Below, one piece after another: positions 53,745 through 62,097 of a stretch of 64,000 nucleotides of DNA. Both the position numbers and the translations under genes were made by a program. The DNA lies in assembly GCA_038246545.1 (NCBI GenBank), contig JBBRVW010000025.1:3864-67863 (forward strand), written 5' to 3'. The number at the start of each line of letters is the position of its first letter. The stretch's first letter is position 1. Source of the stretch: Actinomycetes bacterium (GTDB lineage: Bacteria; Actinomycetota; Actinomycetes; JACCUZ01). A model generated the notes under the pieces. It had not been told where the DNA came from. It ran no database searches and saw nothing but the letters and a program-made list of their open reading frames with translations.

Positions 53745-55559
53745 TCAGCCGGCCAGGTAGAGCCGCAGCTCCGCGGGGGCGCCCTCGACCAGGCGGACGG
53801 GCACGCCCCAATCCTGCTGGTGCACGTGGCAGGCCGGGAACTCGACGTCGGCAGCGTCGTCGCAGGACGCCGCTATGGCGGCGACGTGCAGCACGCCGTC
53901 GCCGACATGCACGTCGAGGACCAGCCGCCGGCTGAGGCCCTCGCCGCGGCCCTCGCCCGCGCGGAGCAGCCCCGGCGGCGTCGAGGACACGACCAGCCGG
54001 GTGGCGGGCCCGTAGCGCTCGTCGAGCTTCTGCCCGGCCGGCGGCGTGAAGACCACCTCGAGCTCGACGTCGCCCGCCGCGACCTCGGTGACCGGACGGT
54101 GAGAGCGCCGGGCAGTGCCGTCGACGACCCGCGCGTCGTCGGGCAGGCGGACCCGGGTCAGCCGGTGGCCGGCGGACTCGACGACCACCAGGTCGCCGTC
54201 GAGCAGCACGGCGTCGCTCGGCTCGGCCAGTCCGGTGAGCAGCGTCGTCAGCTGCCCGGTCGACGGGTCGTAGCGCCGGACCGCGCCGTTGTAGGTGTCG
54301 CTGACCGCGACCGAGCCGTCAGGGAGGGCGGCGACCCCGAGCGGGTGCTGGAGCAGTGCGGTCGCGGCCGGCCCGTCCACGTGCCCGAAGTCGAACAACC
54401 CGGTGCCGACGTCGGTGGCCACGGCACCGTTCTCGAGGTGACGCAGCGAGGACGTCTCGCTGTCGACCAGCCAGAGCCGCCCGCCTGCGGCGGCCAGGCC
54501 GGACGTCTGGGCGAACCAGGCGTCCGCGTACGGTCCGTCGAGCAGACCCTCGTTCGTGGTGCCGGCGAGCACCGCCACCTCGCCGGTGACCGGGTCGAAC
54601 GACCAGAGCTGGTGGATGCCGGCCATCGCCACCGCGACGCGACCGTCGAACCACGCGAGGTCCCACGGCGAGGACAGGTCCTCGGTGCCGGCGCCCTGCA
54701 TCCACTGCCGGCCGGAGCCGGACACCGTGGTGACACTGCCGTCGGCGAGCCGGACGCCGCGCAGGGCGTGGTTGGCGGTGTCGGCGACCACCACGTCGTA
54801 GCCCACCGCGGCGGCGACCTCGGCCGGCAGGACCACCAGTCCCTGCGGCTCGGCGAACCGGGCGCCGGCCGCGGCACCGTCCAGCAGCCCGCGCCGGCCG
54901 TCGCCGACCCGGCGCAGAACCGTCTCGCCGTCGGCGGCCAGCTCGACCAGCGAGTGGTGCTTGGAGTCGCTGACCAGCAGGGTGCCACCGGGCAGGACCG
55001 CCGCCTTGCCGGGGAAGCGCAGCGCGGTCGTCGCCGGCGGCGGCGGCACGTAGGCACCGTCGCCGCGGTGCAGGGTGCCCTTCGCCTCGTGCTGGGCGAC
55101 GAGGTCGCCGACCAGCGCCTCGAGGGTGTGTGCGTGCCCCTCTCCGGACAGCTGGGCCACGACGTAGCCCTCGGGGTCGACCACGACCAGGGTCGGCCAG
55201 GCGCGCACGGCGTACTGCTGCCAGGTGACCAGCTCGGGGTCGTCGAGCACGGGGTGGTGGACCTCGTAGCGCTCGACCGCGGCGGACAGCGCCGCCGGGT
55301 CGGCCTCGTGCTCGAACTTCGGCGAGTGCACCCCGACGGTGACCAGCACGTCGCCGTAGGCCTGCTCGAGCGGGCGCAGCTCGTCCAGGACGTGCAGGCA
55401 GTTGATGCAGCAGAAGGTCCAGAAGTCGAGCAGCACGATCTTGCCGCGCAGGTCCGCGAGCCGGAGGTCGCTGCCGCCCGTGTTCAGCCAGGAGCGACCC
55501 TGGAGTTCGGGAGCCCGAACGCGCGCGCGGCGGGTCGGGGTCGGGGTCACGAGCGACAT
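53745..55559 (-). CDS. Thioredoxin-like (redoxin) domain fused to an NHL-repeat beta-propeller
   Basis: 604-aa ORF. LLDFWTFCCINCLHV CxxC motif. Repeated NHL-like blades (LVSDSKHHSLVEL, VVADTANHALRGV, LWLVDSETSSLRHL, VAVSDTYNGAVRRY). Confidence 0.9.
   Translation of the reverse strand: MSLVTPTPTRRARVRAPELQGRSWLNTGGSDLRLADLRGKIVLLDFWTFCCINCLHVLDELRPLEQAYGDVLVTVGVHSPKFEHEADPAALSAAVERYEVHHPVLDDPELVTWQQYAVRAWPTLVVVDPEGYVVAQLSGEGHAHTLEALVGDLVAQHEAKGTLHRGDGAYVPPPPATTALRFPGKAAVLPGGTLLVSDSKHHSLVELAADGETVLRRVGDGRRGLLDGAAAGARFAEPQGLVVLPAEVAAAVGYDVVVADTANHALRGVRLADGSVTTVSGSGRQWMQGAGTEDLSSPWDLAWFDGRVAVAMAGIHQLWSFDPVTGEVAVLAGTTNEGLLDGPYADAWFAQTSGLAAAGGRLWLVDSETSSLRHLENGAVATDVGTGLFDFGHVDGPAATALLQHPLGVAALPDGSVAVSDTYNGAVRRYDPSTGQLTTLLTGLAEPSDAVLLDGDLVVVESAGHRLTRVRLPDDARVVDGTARRSHRPVTEVAAGDVELEVVFTPPAGQKLDERYGPATRLVVSSTPPGLLRAGEGRGEGLSRRLVLDVHVGDGVLHVAAIAASCDDAADVEFPACHVHQQDWGVPVRLVEGAPAELRLYLAG
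55429..55461. repeat. 33-nt perfect repeat, copy 1 (inside the thioredoxin-NHL gene); copy 2 is at 55871..55903
   Basis: CCAGAAGTCGAGCAGCACGATCTTGCCGCGCAG is identical at both positions. It encodes LRGKIVLLDFW on the minus strand. Confidence 0.9.
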
Positions 55560-55663
55560 CCTCCTGGATTCGAGACCGGTACGCGGGCAAGGGGCCCGTT
55601 GACAGTGGCAAGAGACGCGACGAGTCTCACAGCGGGTTCACACCACAGCGAGGGAGGCCTCTC

Positions 55664-55822
55664 ATGGGCTCAGTGCTCTGCCTTCTCGGCCGTCACGCGT
55701 GGGAGCACAAGCAGAATCCGGAGGTTGGCGGCGCGGAGGGGTCGTACGAGGAGTGCAGCCGATGCGGCAAGGAGAAGGCGGGATACGGCAAGCCACCCGC
55801 GACAGGCGTCGCACGCGGTTGA
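55664..55822 (+). CDS. Small Cys/His protein (52 aa), zinc-ribbon-like: MGSVLCLLGRHAWEHKQNPEVGGAEGSYEECSRCGKEKAGYGKPPATGVARG
   Basis: Below the ORF-track size cutoff. ATG 55664 is preceded by GGGAGG with a 6-nt spacer. C-x4-H ... C-x2-C arrangement. Confidence 0.45.
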   Translation: MGSVLCLLGRHAWEHKQNPEVGGAEGSYEECSRCGKEKAGYGKPPATGVARG

Positions 55823-55859
55823 CCGCGGCCCGTCGGCAGCACCGTCTCTGCGAGTAGCG

Positions 55860-56061
55860 CTTCACGACGCCCAGAAGTCGAGCAGCACGATCTTGCCGCG
55901 CAGCTCCCGAGACGGACGTCGCGGCCGCGTGTGTGGAGCCAGGCACGCCCGTGCTCCGGGGTGGGACGCGCGCCCGTCGGGGCGGAACAGAAGTCACCGA
56001 CCACCCTCCAGAAGTCGAGATCGGCCTGGCGCCCGCCCAGTAGCCCGCGTCGGCGTCGCAT
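55860..56061 (-). pseudogene. One or two decayed copies of the 5' end of the thioredoxin-NHL gene
   Basis: Minus-strand text RPTPEHGRAWLHTRGRDVRLG / ELRGKIVLLDFWAS* (compare APELQGRSWLNTGGSDLRLADLRGKIVLLDFW in the intact gene), with a frame change between the two pieces. A second fragment reads MRRRRGLLGGRQADLDFWRVVGDFC. Confidence 0.6.
55871..55903. repeat. 33-nt perfect repeat, copy 2
   Basis: Identical to 55429..55461. The flanks are homologous but diverged. Confidence 0.9.
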
Positions 56062-56117
56062 CGAGTCTCACAGCGGACTCGACCAGTGCAGCCGCCGTGG
56101 CAAGGACAAGGCCGGAT

Positions 56118-56422
56118 AGAGGGATCCTGTGCTTCTCCGACGTGATGGCCCACCGGGTCGTCCGCGCCGCGGAGGACCGTGGTGGTCTCGTGGTCCCGGA
56201 CGACCTGTCGGTCGTGGGCTTCGACGACAACCCGCTGGCACGGCGGATGCGGCCGGCACTGACGAAGGTCCGGCAGGACGTCGACGCCAGGGGCCGGGCC
56301 GCTGCCTCGGCCCTGACCGACGCGATCGAGCGGTCCCAGGAGGGCAAGGCGCCGCTCGCGCGGCACATCCTGCTCCGACCGAGCGGGTGGTCCGCGACAG
56401 CACCGCCCCGGTGCGCGCGTAG
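56118..56422 (+). pseudogene. C-terminal fragment of a LacI-family regulator (no HTH, frame change near 56375)
   Basis: GILCFSDVMAHRVVRAAEDRGGLVVPDDLSVVGFDDNPLARRMRPALTKVRQDVDARGRAAASAL... The end then continues in another frame as PTERVVRDSTAPVRA*. Confidence 0.6.
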
Positions 56423-56457
56423 CTCCGCCGGCAGACGGCCGCCCGCGCGCGGTGCTG

Positions 56458-56676
56458 CTAGAGCTTGCTGAGCTTGGTGTACGGCGAGAGGACGCGCAGC
56501 GGCCGGTCGTTGAAGTCGACGACGACCGCGTCGACCTGGACCTCGACCACCCGGCCCATGCCCTGCTTGTCGTGAGTGACCCGGTCGCCGACCTCGAAGG
56601 TGGGGATCACCGGCGGCACCGGGTCCCGAAACGGGCTGCCGGCTGGGCGGGGGCGCGGAGTCTGGGGAGGCGTCAT
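56458..56676 (-). CDS. Small protein with a Tudor/SH3-like C-terminal motif (DUF3553-like)
   Basis: ATG 56676. MTPPQTPRPRPAGSPFRDPVPPVIPTFEVGDRVTHDKQGMGRVVEVQVDAVVVDFNDRPLRVLSPYTKLSKL. Confidence 0.6.
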   Translation of the reverse strand: MTPPQTPRPRPAGSPFRDPVPPVIPTFEVGDRVTHDKQGMGRVVEVQVDAVVVDFNDRPLRVLSPYTKLSKL

Positions 56677-56696
56677 CAACCCCAGTATGCGCGTAT

Positions 56697-57272
56697 TCAG
56701 GCCTCGACGGGAACGGATCCGCGGCGTTCGAGCTCCTGGATGTCCAGCACCCGGGTGGCCGCAGCGGCCAGCGCCGCGCTCAACGCCTTGCCGCCGGGGC
56801 TCAGGACGACGAGCGGTCCGCAGGCCGCGAGCTCGGCGAAGATGCCGTCGTTGCTGACGACGAGGGCCTGGGCGTTGGGGAGATCCAGGGTGTCGACCGC
56901 CTCGAGCAGGGCGACGTCGGCGAGGTCGCTGCCCTGGGGCACGGTCACGGCGTCGGCGACGAACTCGGCCAGGTGCGGCCGGGCCCGGCGGACCGCGCCG
57001 TCCTGGCCGGCGAGCACCACGTGGTCGGCCTGCCGGGCCAGCGCGACGACGGCAGCCATCCGGGCCGCCCAGCGGGCCGGGCCGGCCCGCAGGTTGTCGA
57101 GGTCGACCAGCAGGATGCGCGGGGCGTCGTGCTCGACCCAGATCCCCTCGGCCAGCACCAGCGCAGCCAGTGCCCCGTCGTCGACGACGACCGACGCCCC
57201 GGTGGACCGGCTGCCGCCACTGGGGAACCACTCGAAGTCGTCCCACTCGCCCGGTCCGTCACCCAGTCCCAT
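56697..57272 (-). CDS. NYN/LabA-like domain protein (hypothetical)
   Basis: 191-aa ORF. ILLVDLDNL near the N-terminus of the domain, and LVVSNDGIFAELA later. The assignment is by eye. Confidence 0.5.
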   Translation of the reverse strand: MGLGDGPGEWDDFEWFPSGGSRSTGASVVVDDGALAALVLAEGIWVEHDAPRILLVDLDNLRAGPARWAARMAAVVALARQADHVVLAGQDGAVRRARPHLAEFVADAVTVPQGSDLADVALLEAVDTLDLPNAQALVVSNDGIFAELAACGPLVVLSPGGKALSAALAAAATRVLDIQELERRGSVPVEA

Positions 57273-57317
57273 GACGCCATCGTCGCAGGCCCCGGCCGAC
57301 CTGACGGGACCCAGAGA

Positions 57318-57362
57318 TCCACACCGGATCCGTGTGGTTCCTCCGCAACGATCCGGTGTGGA
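57318..57362 (-). terminator. 13-bp inverted repeat (TCCACACCGGATC ... GATCCGGTGTGGA) downstream of the nitrilase-family gene
   Basis: Arms are 57318..57330 and 57350..57362 with a 19-nt spacer. It lies between the stop at 57385 and the next start at 57272. Confidence 0.45.
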
Positions 57363-57384
57363 GCACCGGGGGCAGGAGTGGGCG

Positions 57385-58146
57385 TCAGAGGCGGCGGTCG
57401 GCGAGCACCGGGAAGCTCGACCGGGTGCGGGCGACCAGCTCGTCGTCGAGGTCGACCACGAGCACCTCTTCGCCGTCGCCCGCCTCGGCGAGCACCTCGC
57501 CCCACGGGTCGACCACCGCCGACCGGCCGCCCATCGGCACGCCGGCGTGGGTTCCGCCGGTGTTGCACGCGACGACGTAGGACTGGTCCTCGATAGCGCG
57601 GGCCCGGGCCAGCAGCCGCCAGTGCTCGACCCGCTTGGCCGGCCAGGCCGCCGGCATCAGCACGACCTCGGAGCCCGCGTCGAGCAGCGCCCGGAACATC
57701 TCGGGGAACCGCAGGTCGTAGCAGGTCGCCAGCCCGAACCGGCCGTGGACGACCGGCCCGTCGCCGGGGGTCATCAGCTTGGGCTCGCCCTCGCCGAAGC
57801 CGAACAGGTGCACCTTGCGGTACGTCGTGAGGACGTCACCGGCCGGGCCGAGCAGCACCGAGGTGTTGAACAGCCGGCCCGCCTCGTCGCGCTCGACGAA
57901 CGAGCCCATGTGCACGGTGGCGCCGAGCCCGCGGGTCGCCGCGCGGAGTGCCGTGACCACCGGCCCGTCCAACGTCTCGGCCGTGCCGTCCCACAGGTCG
58001 TAGCAGAAACCGCCGTTCGGCCACAGCTCGGGAAGCACGACGAGGTCGGCGCCGGACTGGGCGCGCAGCAGGTCGACGACCCTGGCCGTCCGGGCCGGGG
58101 TCGACTCGTCGTCGCCGTACGAGAGCTGGATGACGTGGACGCGCAC
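57385..58146 (-). CDS. Carbon-nitrogen hydrolase (nitrilase superfamily) protein
   Basis: GTG 58146 (ATG 58167 would collide with the divergent gene start). LVVLPELW (Glu), YRKVHLF (Lys), LATCYDLRFPE (Cys) catalytic triad context. Confidence 0.85.
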   Translation of the reverse strand: MRVHVIQLSYGDDESTPARTARVVDLLRAQSGADLVVLPELWPNGGFCYDLWDGTAETLDGPVVTALRAATRGLGATVHMGSFVERDEAGRLFNTSVLLGPAGDVLTTYRKVHLFGFGEGEPKLMTPGDGPVVHGRFGLATCYDLRFPEMFRALLDAGSEVVLMPAAWPAKRVEHWRLLARARAIEDQSYVVACNTGGTHAGVPMGGRSAVVDPWGEVLAEAGDGEEVLVVDLDDELVARTRSSFPVLADRRL

Positions 58147-58165
58147 GAGGCCTAGCCTCGCACGC

Positions 58166-58975
58166 ATGTCCTCCGGGATGCAGACGGTGCTCGATGCCTA
58201 CGACCAGGCGCTGCGCTCCTTCCACGCCGTCGCAGCTGCTGTGCAGGCCGACCAGTGGACGCTCCCGACGGACTGCCCCGGGTGGACCGTCCGCGAGCAG
58301 GTCGCGCACGTCCTGGCGCTGGAGCTGCAGCTCGGCGGCCAGCCCTTGCCGCCGCGGCTCGACTCCTACCCGCCCCACGTGCGCGGCCCGTCCGGCGAGC
58401 ACATGGAGAACGGCATCGCCGCGCTGGGCGACGTCTCGCCGGCCGACCTCGTCCAGCGGCTCGGCGTCGCGGTCGACGAGCACCTCGAACAGCTGCGCGC
58501 CGTGGACCTCGGCCCCGAGGCCACCGTCGAGGGGACGCTCGGGAAGCCGGTGCCGCTGGCGCGCTTCCTGCCGATCCGGGTCTTCGACGTCTGGACCCAC
58601 GAGCAGGACGTCCGCCGCGCCATCGGCGCCCAGCCCGGCCCCGACGGGCCTGCCGCCGAGATGTCGCGCCAGCAGGTTCTCGGCGCGCTGCCGTACCTGG
58701 TCGGGAAGCAGGCGGCTGCGCCGGTCGGGTCGTCGGTCGCGTTCGACGCCCCGGGGCCGCTGGGCGGCCGGGTCACGGTGACCGTCGGCGACGACGGCCG
58801 CGCCACCGCGACCGACGGCGTCGTGGCCGACGCCACCGTGACGCTACGGATGACCGACAGCACGATGATGCGGCTGGCCTGCGGGCGCCTCGCCGTCGAC
58901 GACGCGGACGTCGAGGTCGTCGGTGACGAGGAGCTCGGACGGCGGGTCCTCGGAGCCCTGACGCTGACGCCGTAG
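58166..58975 (+). CDS. Maleylpyruvate isomerase-family mycothiol-dependent enzyme (DinB/MDMPI N-terminal domain)
   Basis: ATG 58166. PTDCPGWTVREQVAHV...VWTHEQDVRRA. Confidence 0.8.
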   Translation: MSSGMQTVLDAYDQALRSFHAVAAAVQADQWTLPTDCPGWTVREQVAHVLALELQLGGQPLPPRLDSYPPHVRGPSGEHMENGIAALGDVSPADLVQRLGVAVDEHLEQLRAVDLGPEATVEGTLGKPVPLARFLPIRVFDVWTHEQDVRRAIGAQPGPDGPAAEMSRQQVLGALPYLVGKQAAAPVGSSVAFDAPGPLGGRVTVTVGDDGRATATDGVVADATVTLRMTDSTMMRLACGRLAVDDADVEVVGDEELGRRVLGALTLTP

Positions 58976-59608
58976 CGAGGCGGCCGGGTCGCGCACGGCG
59001 ACAGCCAGGACCGCGACGGAGACGACCAGCACTGCGGTCCAGCGCAGGTGAGCCGACTCCCAGCCGGGACCAGGCAGTGTCGTGAGCGCAACCGGAGCCG
59101 GCAGCCCGGGCACGCCGAAGACGAAGCCCGCGAGCACCGGCCCGGCGGCCACACCGGGATCCGGCAGCCCGGGCCGGACCGCCAGCGACGCGACGAACGC
59201 GACGACCACGGCGGTGACAGTGGCTGCCTCGAGGGTCAGCGCCAGCGACGGCAGCGCCCCCGCAACCCGGGCGTCCACCCAGGACACCAGCACCGCCCAG
59301 GCGGCGGCTGCGGGGGCGACGACGAGCAGCACCCGCAGGCCGGACCGGAACCGCAGCGGCGCCGGGACCGCTGACAGCGTCGCCCGGGTGTGGTCGTCGA
59401 ACGCACCGGCCACCCCCGCCGCCAACAGCACCCCGACCACGCGCACCTCCCACAGCACCGCCGGCGGGTCCGCCCTCGCCGGGTCCCGCCACCACAGCAG
59501 CAGCACGGCCGCGAGCACCGCCACCGGCAACGGCTGCCACCGCAGGGCTCGCAGGGTGGGCCGGAGCAGCAGCCGCGCCTGACGCGTCCGCGCCGCGGCC
59601 GTACTCAC
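58844..59608 (-). CDS. Polytopic membrane protein (ABC-2-type permease-like), last gene of the sigma/ABC operon
   Basis: GTG 59608 overlaps the upstream stop (GTGA). About 6 hydrophobic segments. The 3' ~130 nt overlap the convergent MDMPI gene, so the C-terminus is uncertain. Confidence 0.6.
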   Translation of the reverse strand: MSTAAARTRQARLLLRPTLRALRWQPLPVAVLAAVLLLWWRDPARADPPAVLWEVRVVGVLLAAGVAGAFDDHTRATLSAVPAPLRFRSGLRVLLVVAPAAAAWAVLVSWVDARVAGALPSLALTLEAATVTAVVVAFVASLAVRPGLPDPGVAAGPVLAGFVFGVPGLPAPVALTTLPGPGWESAHLRWTAVLVVSVAVLAVAVRDPAASLRRQRQGSEDPPSELLVTDDLDVRVVDGEAPAGQPHHRAVGHP

Positions 59609-60342
59609 GGCAGCTGCAGGGAACAGGCCACCAGCACGACGACACCCGCGAGCGCGCCCGCGGCAAACGGCAGCCAGGGGCGCCGCGCCACCGGGAGCAG
59701 AGCCCCGGCTGCCGCGAGGGCGCAGAGCGCCAGCAGGTACCCGAGGTGCCAGCCCGCCGAGCCCGGCTCCCTGGCCGGGATCGCGTCGCCGCCCGTCGAC
59801 CGGACGAAGTCGACGTACGCGCCGAGGTACGGCCAGTGCGCGGAGACCCAGGCGTTCGCCGTGACCACCGCGACGACCGCGACCAGCGGCAGGCCGGGCC
59901 ACGGCAGCAGCCGGGCGACGGCCACCCCCAGCAGTCCGGCGCCGAGGATCGCGGCAGGCGGGCTCGCCACGTGCTGCCACAGCAGCGGCAGACCCGTGTC
60001 ACCACCGTGGAGCGCGAGCCAGCCCAGCGAAGCGACGGCCGCGATGACGGCAGGGGCCGCGGCGGCGAGCAGCATCGCCACGGTCCGGTGCAGGGGCGGC
60101 ATCGGGAGCGCGCCGGTCCACTCGTCGACACCGGAGCGGCGGCCGGACGTCGCGACCAGGTTCACCGCGAAGTAGGCGGGGACCGCCAGGAGGAACACCA
60201 GCATCGCCGTGACCATCGAGTACCGGTCGTACGGCGCCGCCGGGCCGTCGAGGCCGACGCCCAGCACGTACCACAGCAGACCCAGCAGCAGCGCGGGGTG
60301 CCGCGCGACCCGCCAGGCCTGGACCCGGGCGAGCTCGGGCAC
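59605..60342 (-). CDS. Polytopic membrane protein (ABC-2-type permease-like)
   Basis: In-frame GTG at 60342 (VPELARVQAWRVARHPALLLGLLWYVLG...). 6-7 hydrophobic segments. The start is uncertain. Confidence 0.6.
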   Translation of the reverse strand: MPELARVQAWRVARHPALLLGLLWYVLGVGLDGPAAPYDRYSMVTAMLVFLLAVPAYFAVNLVATSGRRSGVDEWTGALPMPPLHRTVAMLLAAAAPAVIAAVASLGWLALHGGDTGLPLLWQHVASPPAAILGAGLLGVAVARLLPWPGLPLVAVVAVVTANAWVSAHWPYLGAYVDFVRSTGGDAIPAREPGSAGWHLGYLLALCALAAAGALLPVARRPWLPFAAGALAGVVVLVACSLQLP

Positions 60343-60418
60343 CAGCGCCCACGGGCCGCCGACCGCCGGCGGGCCGGGGCGGCCTCGGCGCGGCCGGTCG
60401 CGATCATCTCGCGGAGGC

Positions 60419-61279
60419 TCACGCCGCCACCCCCCGGGCCCGGTCCCCCACGAGCAGCAGGTAGGCGTCCTCGAGCGTGGGCAGCACGACCTGGGCTCCG
60501 GGCGGGGCGATGTCGCCGACGTTGCGCACGTCGCCCTCCGCGGTCCTCCACGCGATCCGGGCAGCCGGCGCGCGCTCGGGCGCGAGCCAGACCCGCCCGC
60601 GGGCCATGCTCGTGAGCTGACCCGGCGTCCCGTCGAAGGCCACCCGCCCGCCGTCCACCACCACGACATGGGGGCACAGCGCGGCAACGTCCTCGGTCTG
60701 GTGGGTGGACAGGATCACGCTGCGGCCCTCGCCGATGCGCGACACCAGGTCGCGGAACCGGAGCCGCTGCTCCGGGTCGAGACCGGCCGTCGGCTCGTCC
60801 AGCACGACGAGGTCGGGGTCGCCGAGGACCGCCTGGGCCACCCCGACCCGGCGCTTCATACCGCCGGAGAGAGCCCGGATCCGGCGGTCGGCGACGTCGG
60901 CCAGTCCCACCAGGTCGATCACCCGGCGGACCTCGTCGTGCCGGGCGCGCCGGTCGGTGAGCTCCTTGAGGATCGCGACGTAGTCGACGAACTCGAAGAC
61001 GGTGAAGCCGCGGTGGAACCCGGGCTCCTGCGGGAGGTAACCGAGCCGGCGCCGGATCTCGAGCCGGTCGCCGGTGTCCTGCGGGTCGCGGCCGAGCAGC
61101 CGCAGCGTGCCGCTGTCCGGTGCGAGCACGGTGGCGAGCATCCGCAGCAGCGTGGTCTTGCCGGCGCCGTTCGGGCCGAGCAGGCCGGTCACGCCGGGGC
61201 CGGCGCCGAAGGTGACGCCGGCCAGCGCACAGGTGCGGCCGCAGGACTTGGTCACGTCGACGACGCGCACCCCCGTCAT
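60419..61279 (-). CDS. ABC transporter ATP-binding protein
   Basis: ATG 61279 is preceded by GAGGAGG. Walker A GPNGAGKTT, signature LSGGMKRR, Walker B LVVLDEPTAGLD, H-loop STH. Confidence 0.95.
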   Translation of the reverse strand: MTGVRVVDVTKSCGRTCALAGVTFGAGPGVTGLLGPNGAGKTTLLRMLATVLAPDSGTLRLLGRDPQDTGDRLEIRRRLGYLPQEPGFHRGFTVFEFVDYVAILKELTDRRARHDEVRRVIDLVGLADVADRRIRALSGGMKRRVGVAQAVLGDPDLVVLDEPTAGLDPEQRLRFRDLVSRIGEGRSVILSTHQTEDVAALCPHVVVVDGGRVAFDGTPGQLTSMARGRVWLAPERAPAARIAWRTAEGDVRNVGDIAPPGAQVVLPTLEDAYLLLVGDRARGVAA

Positions 61280-62097
61280 GCGGACCTCCTCGAGTCGTAG
61301 GCGAAGGCCGGTCGCTGGCGGACGACGGCGGCCGCCGCGACGACCAGCACCGCCAGGGCGACGAGCTGGCCGGCGGCGCCGAAGGCCGCGAGGTCGGCGT
61401 CGTCGGCCCGGCGGACGAGAAGGACGAGAGCCACCCAGGTCGTGAGCACCCCGGCCGCCGCCCACACCGGCGTGACCCGGGCGGACAGCGCGAGCGTGGT
61501 GGCGCTGAGGGCGAATGCGGGGAGCAGCCATGCGACCGCGGTCCAGCCGCGGTCGAGCAGGGCCAGCGAGCCGAGCGAGGTGAGGACGACGGTGCTCCCG
61601 ACGACGGCCACGCTACGGATGAGCAGGAGCCGCAGCATGGAGTACGGCGCCGCGACCGCGAGCTCGTAGGCCGGGTCGGCGAACCGGCCGTAGGCGGCGG
61701 CGACCCCGGCGACCGGCAGCATGGGGGCCAGCGTGAGGTAGCCGAGCAGCCCTGCCGGGGATGCGCCCGCGAACACGACGGCGAACACGACGGCACCGGC
61801 GAGCGAGCCCAGCCAGGACGCCTTCAGCGACGGGGTCGCTGCCAGCAGCCGCGCGGGGCCCGCACCGACGCCGCCGCGGGCCAGCATCCGCTCGAGCCAC
61901 GGCCGCCCGGTGAGCTGCACCCGGTCGTCGACCTCACGCCAGACCGCGTCCAGCCGGCGCCGGTTGACCTGCGGGGCGAGGCGGGCCCGGCAGTCGGTGC
62001 AGGTCGTGAGGTGCGCCTCGGCCGAGGCGGCCACGGCCGCGGACGCCTCCCCCGCGACGTAGCGGGCCAGGGTCGGCTCGTCGATGTGCCAGCTCAT
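61276..62097 (-). CDS. Membrane anti-sigma factor (zf-HC2 type N-terminus plus multiple TM segments)
   Basis: ATG 62097 overlaps the sigma stop (ATGA). HLTTCTDCRARL (H-x3-C-x2-C). About 6 hydrophobic segments follow. Confidence 0.8.
   Translation of the reverse strand: MSWHIDEPTLARYVAGEASAAVAASAEAHLTTCTDCRARLAPQVNRRRLDAVWREVDDRVQLTGRPWLERMLARGGVGAGPARLLAATPSLKASWLGSLAGAVVFAVVFAGASPAGLLGYLTLAPMLPVAGVAAAYGRFADPAYELAVAAPYSMLRLLLIRSVAVVGSTVVLTSLGSLALLDRGWTAVAWLLPAFALSATTLALSARVTPVWAAAGVLTTWVALVLLVRRADDADLAAFGAAGQLVALAVLVVAAAAVVRQRPAFAYDSRRSA

Noticed and set aside
53820-56471. 883-aa plus-strand ORF
   Set aside because: It is antisense to the thioredoxin-NHL gene for most of its length. Only the last ~100 codons carry recognisable (LacI C-terminal) text, which is reported separately as a fragment.
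60343-60422. Apparent frameshift at the start of the first permease-like gene (a GTG overlapping the ABC ATPase stop opens a different frame: VSLREMIATGRAEAAPARRR...)
   Set aside because: An in-frame GTG at 60342 gives a plausible N-terminus (VPELARVQAWRVARHPALLLG...) without any correction, so a frameshift is not required.
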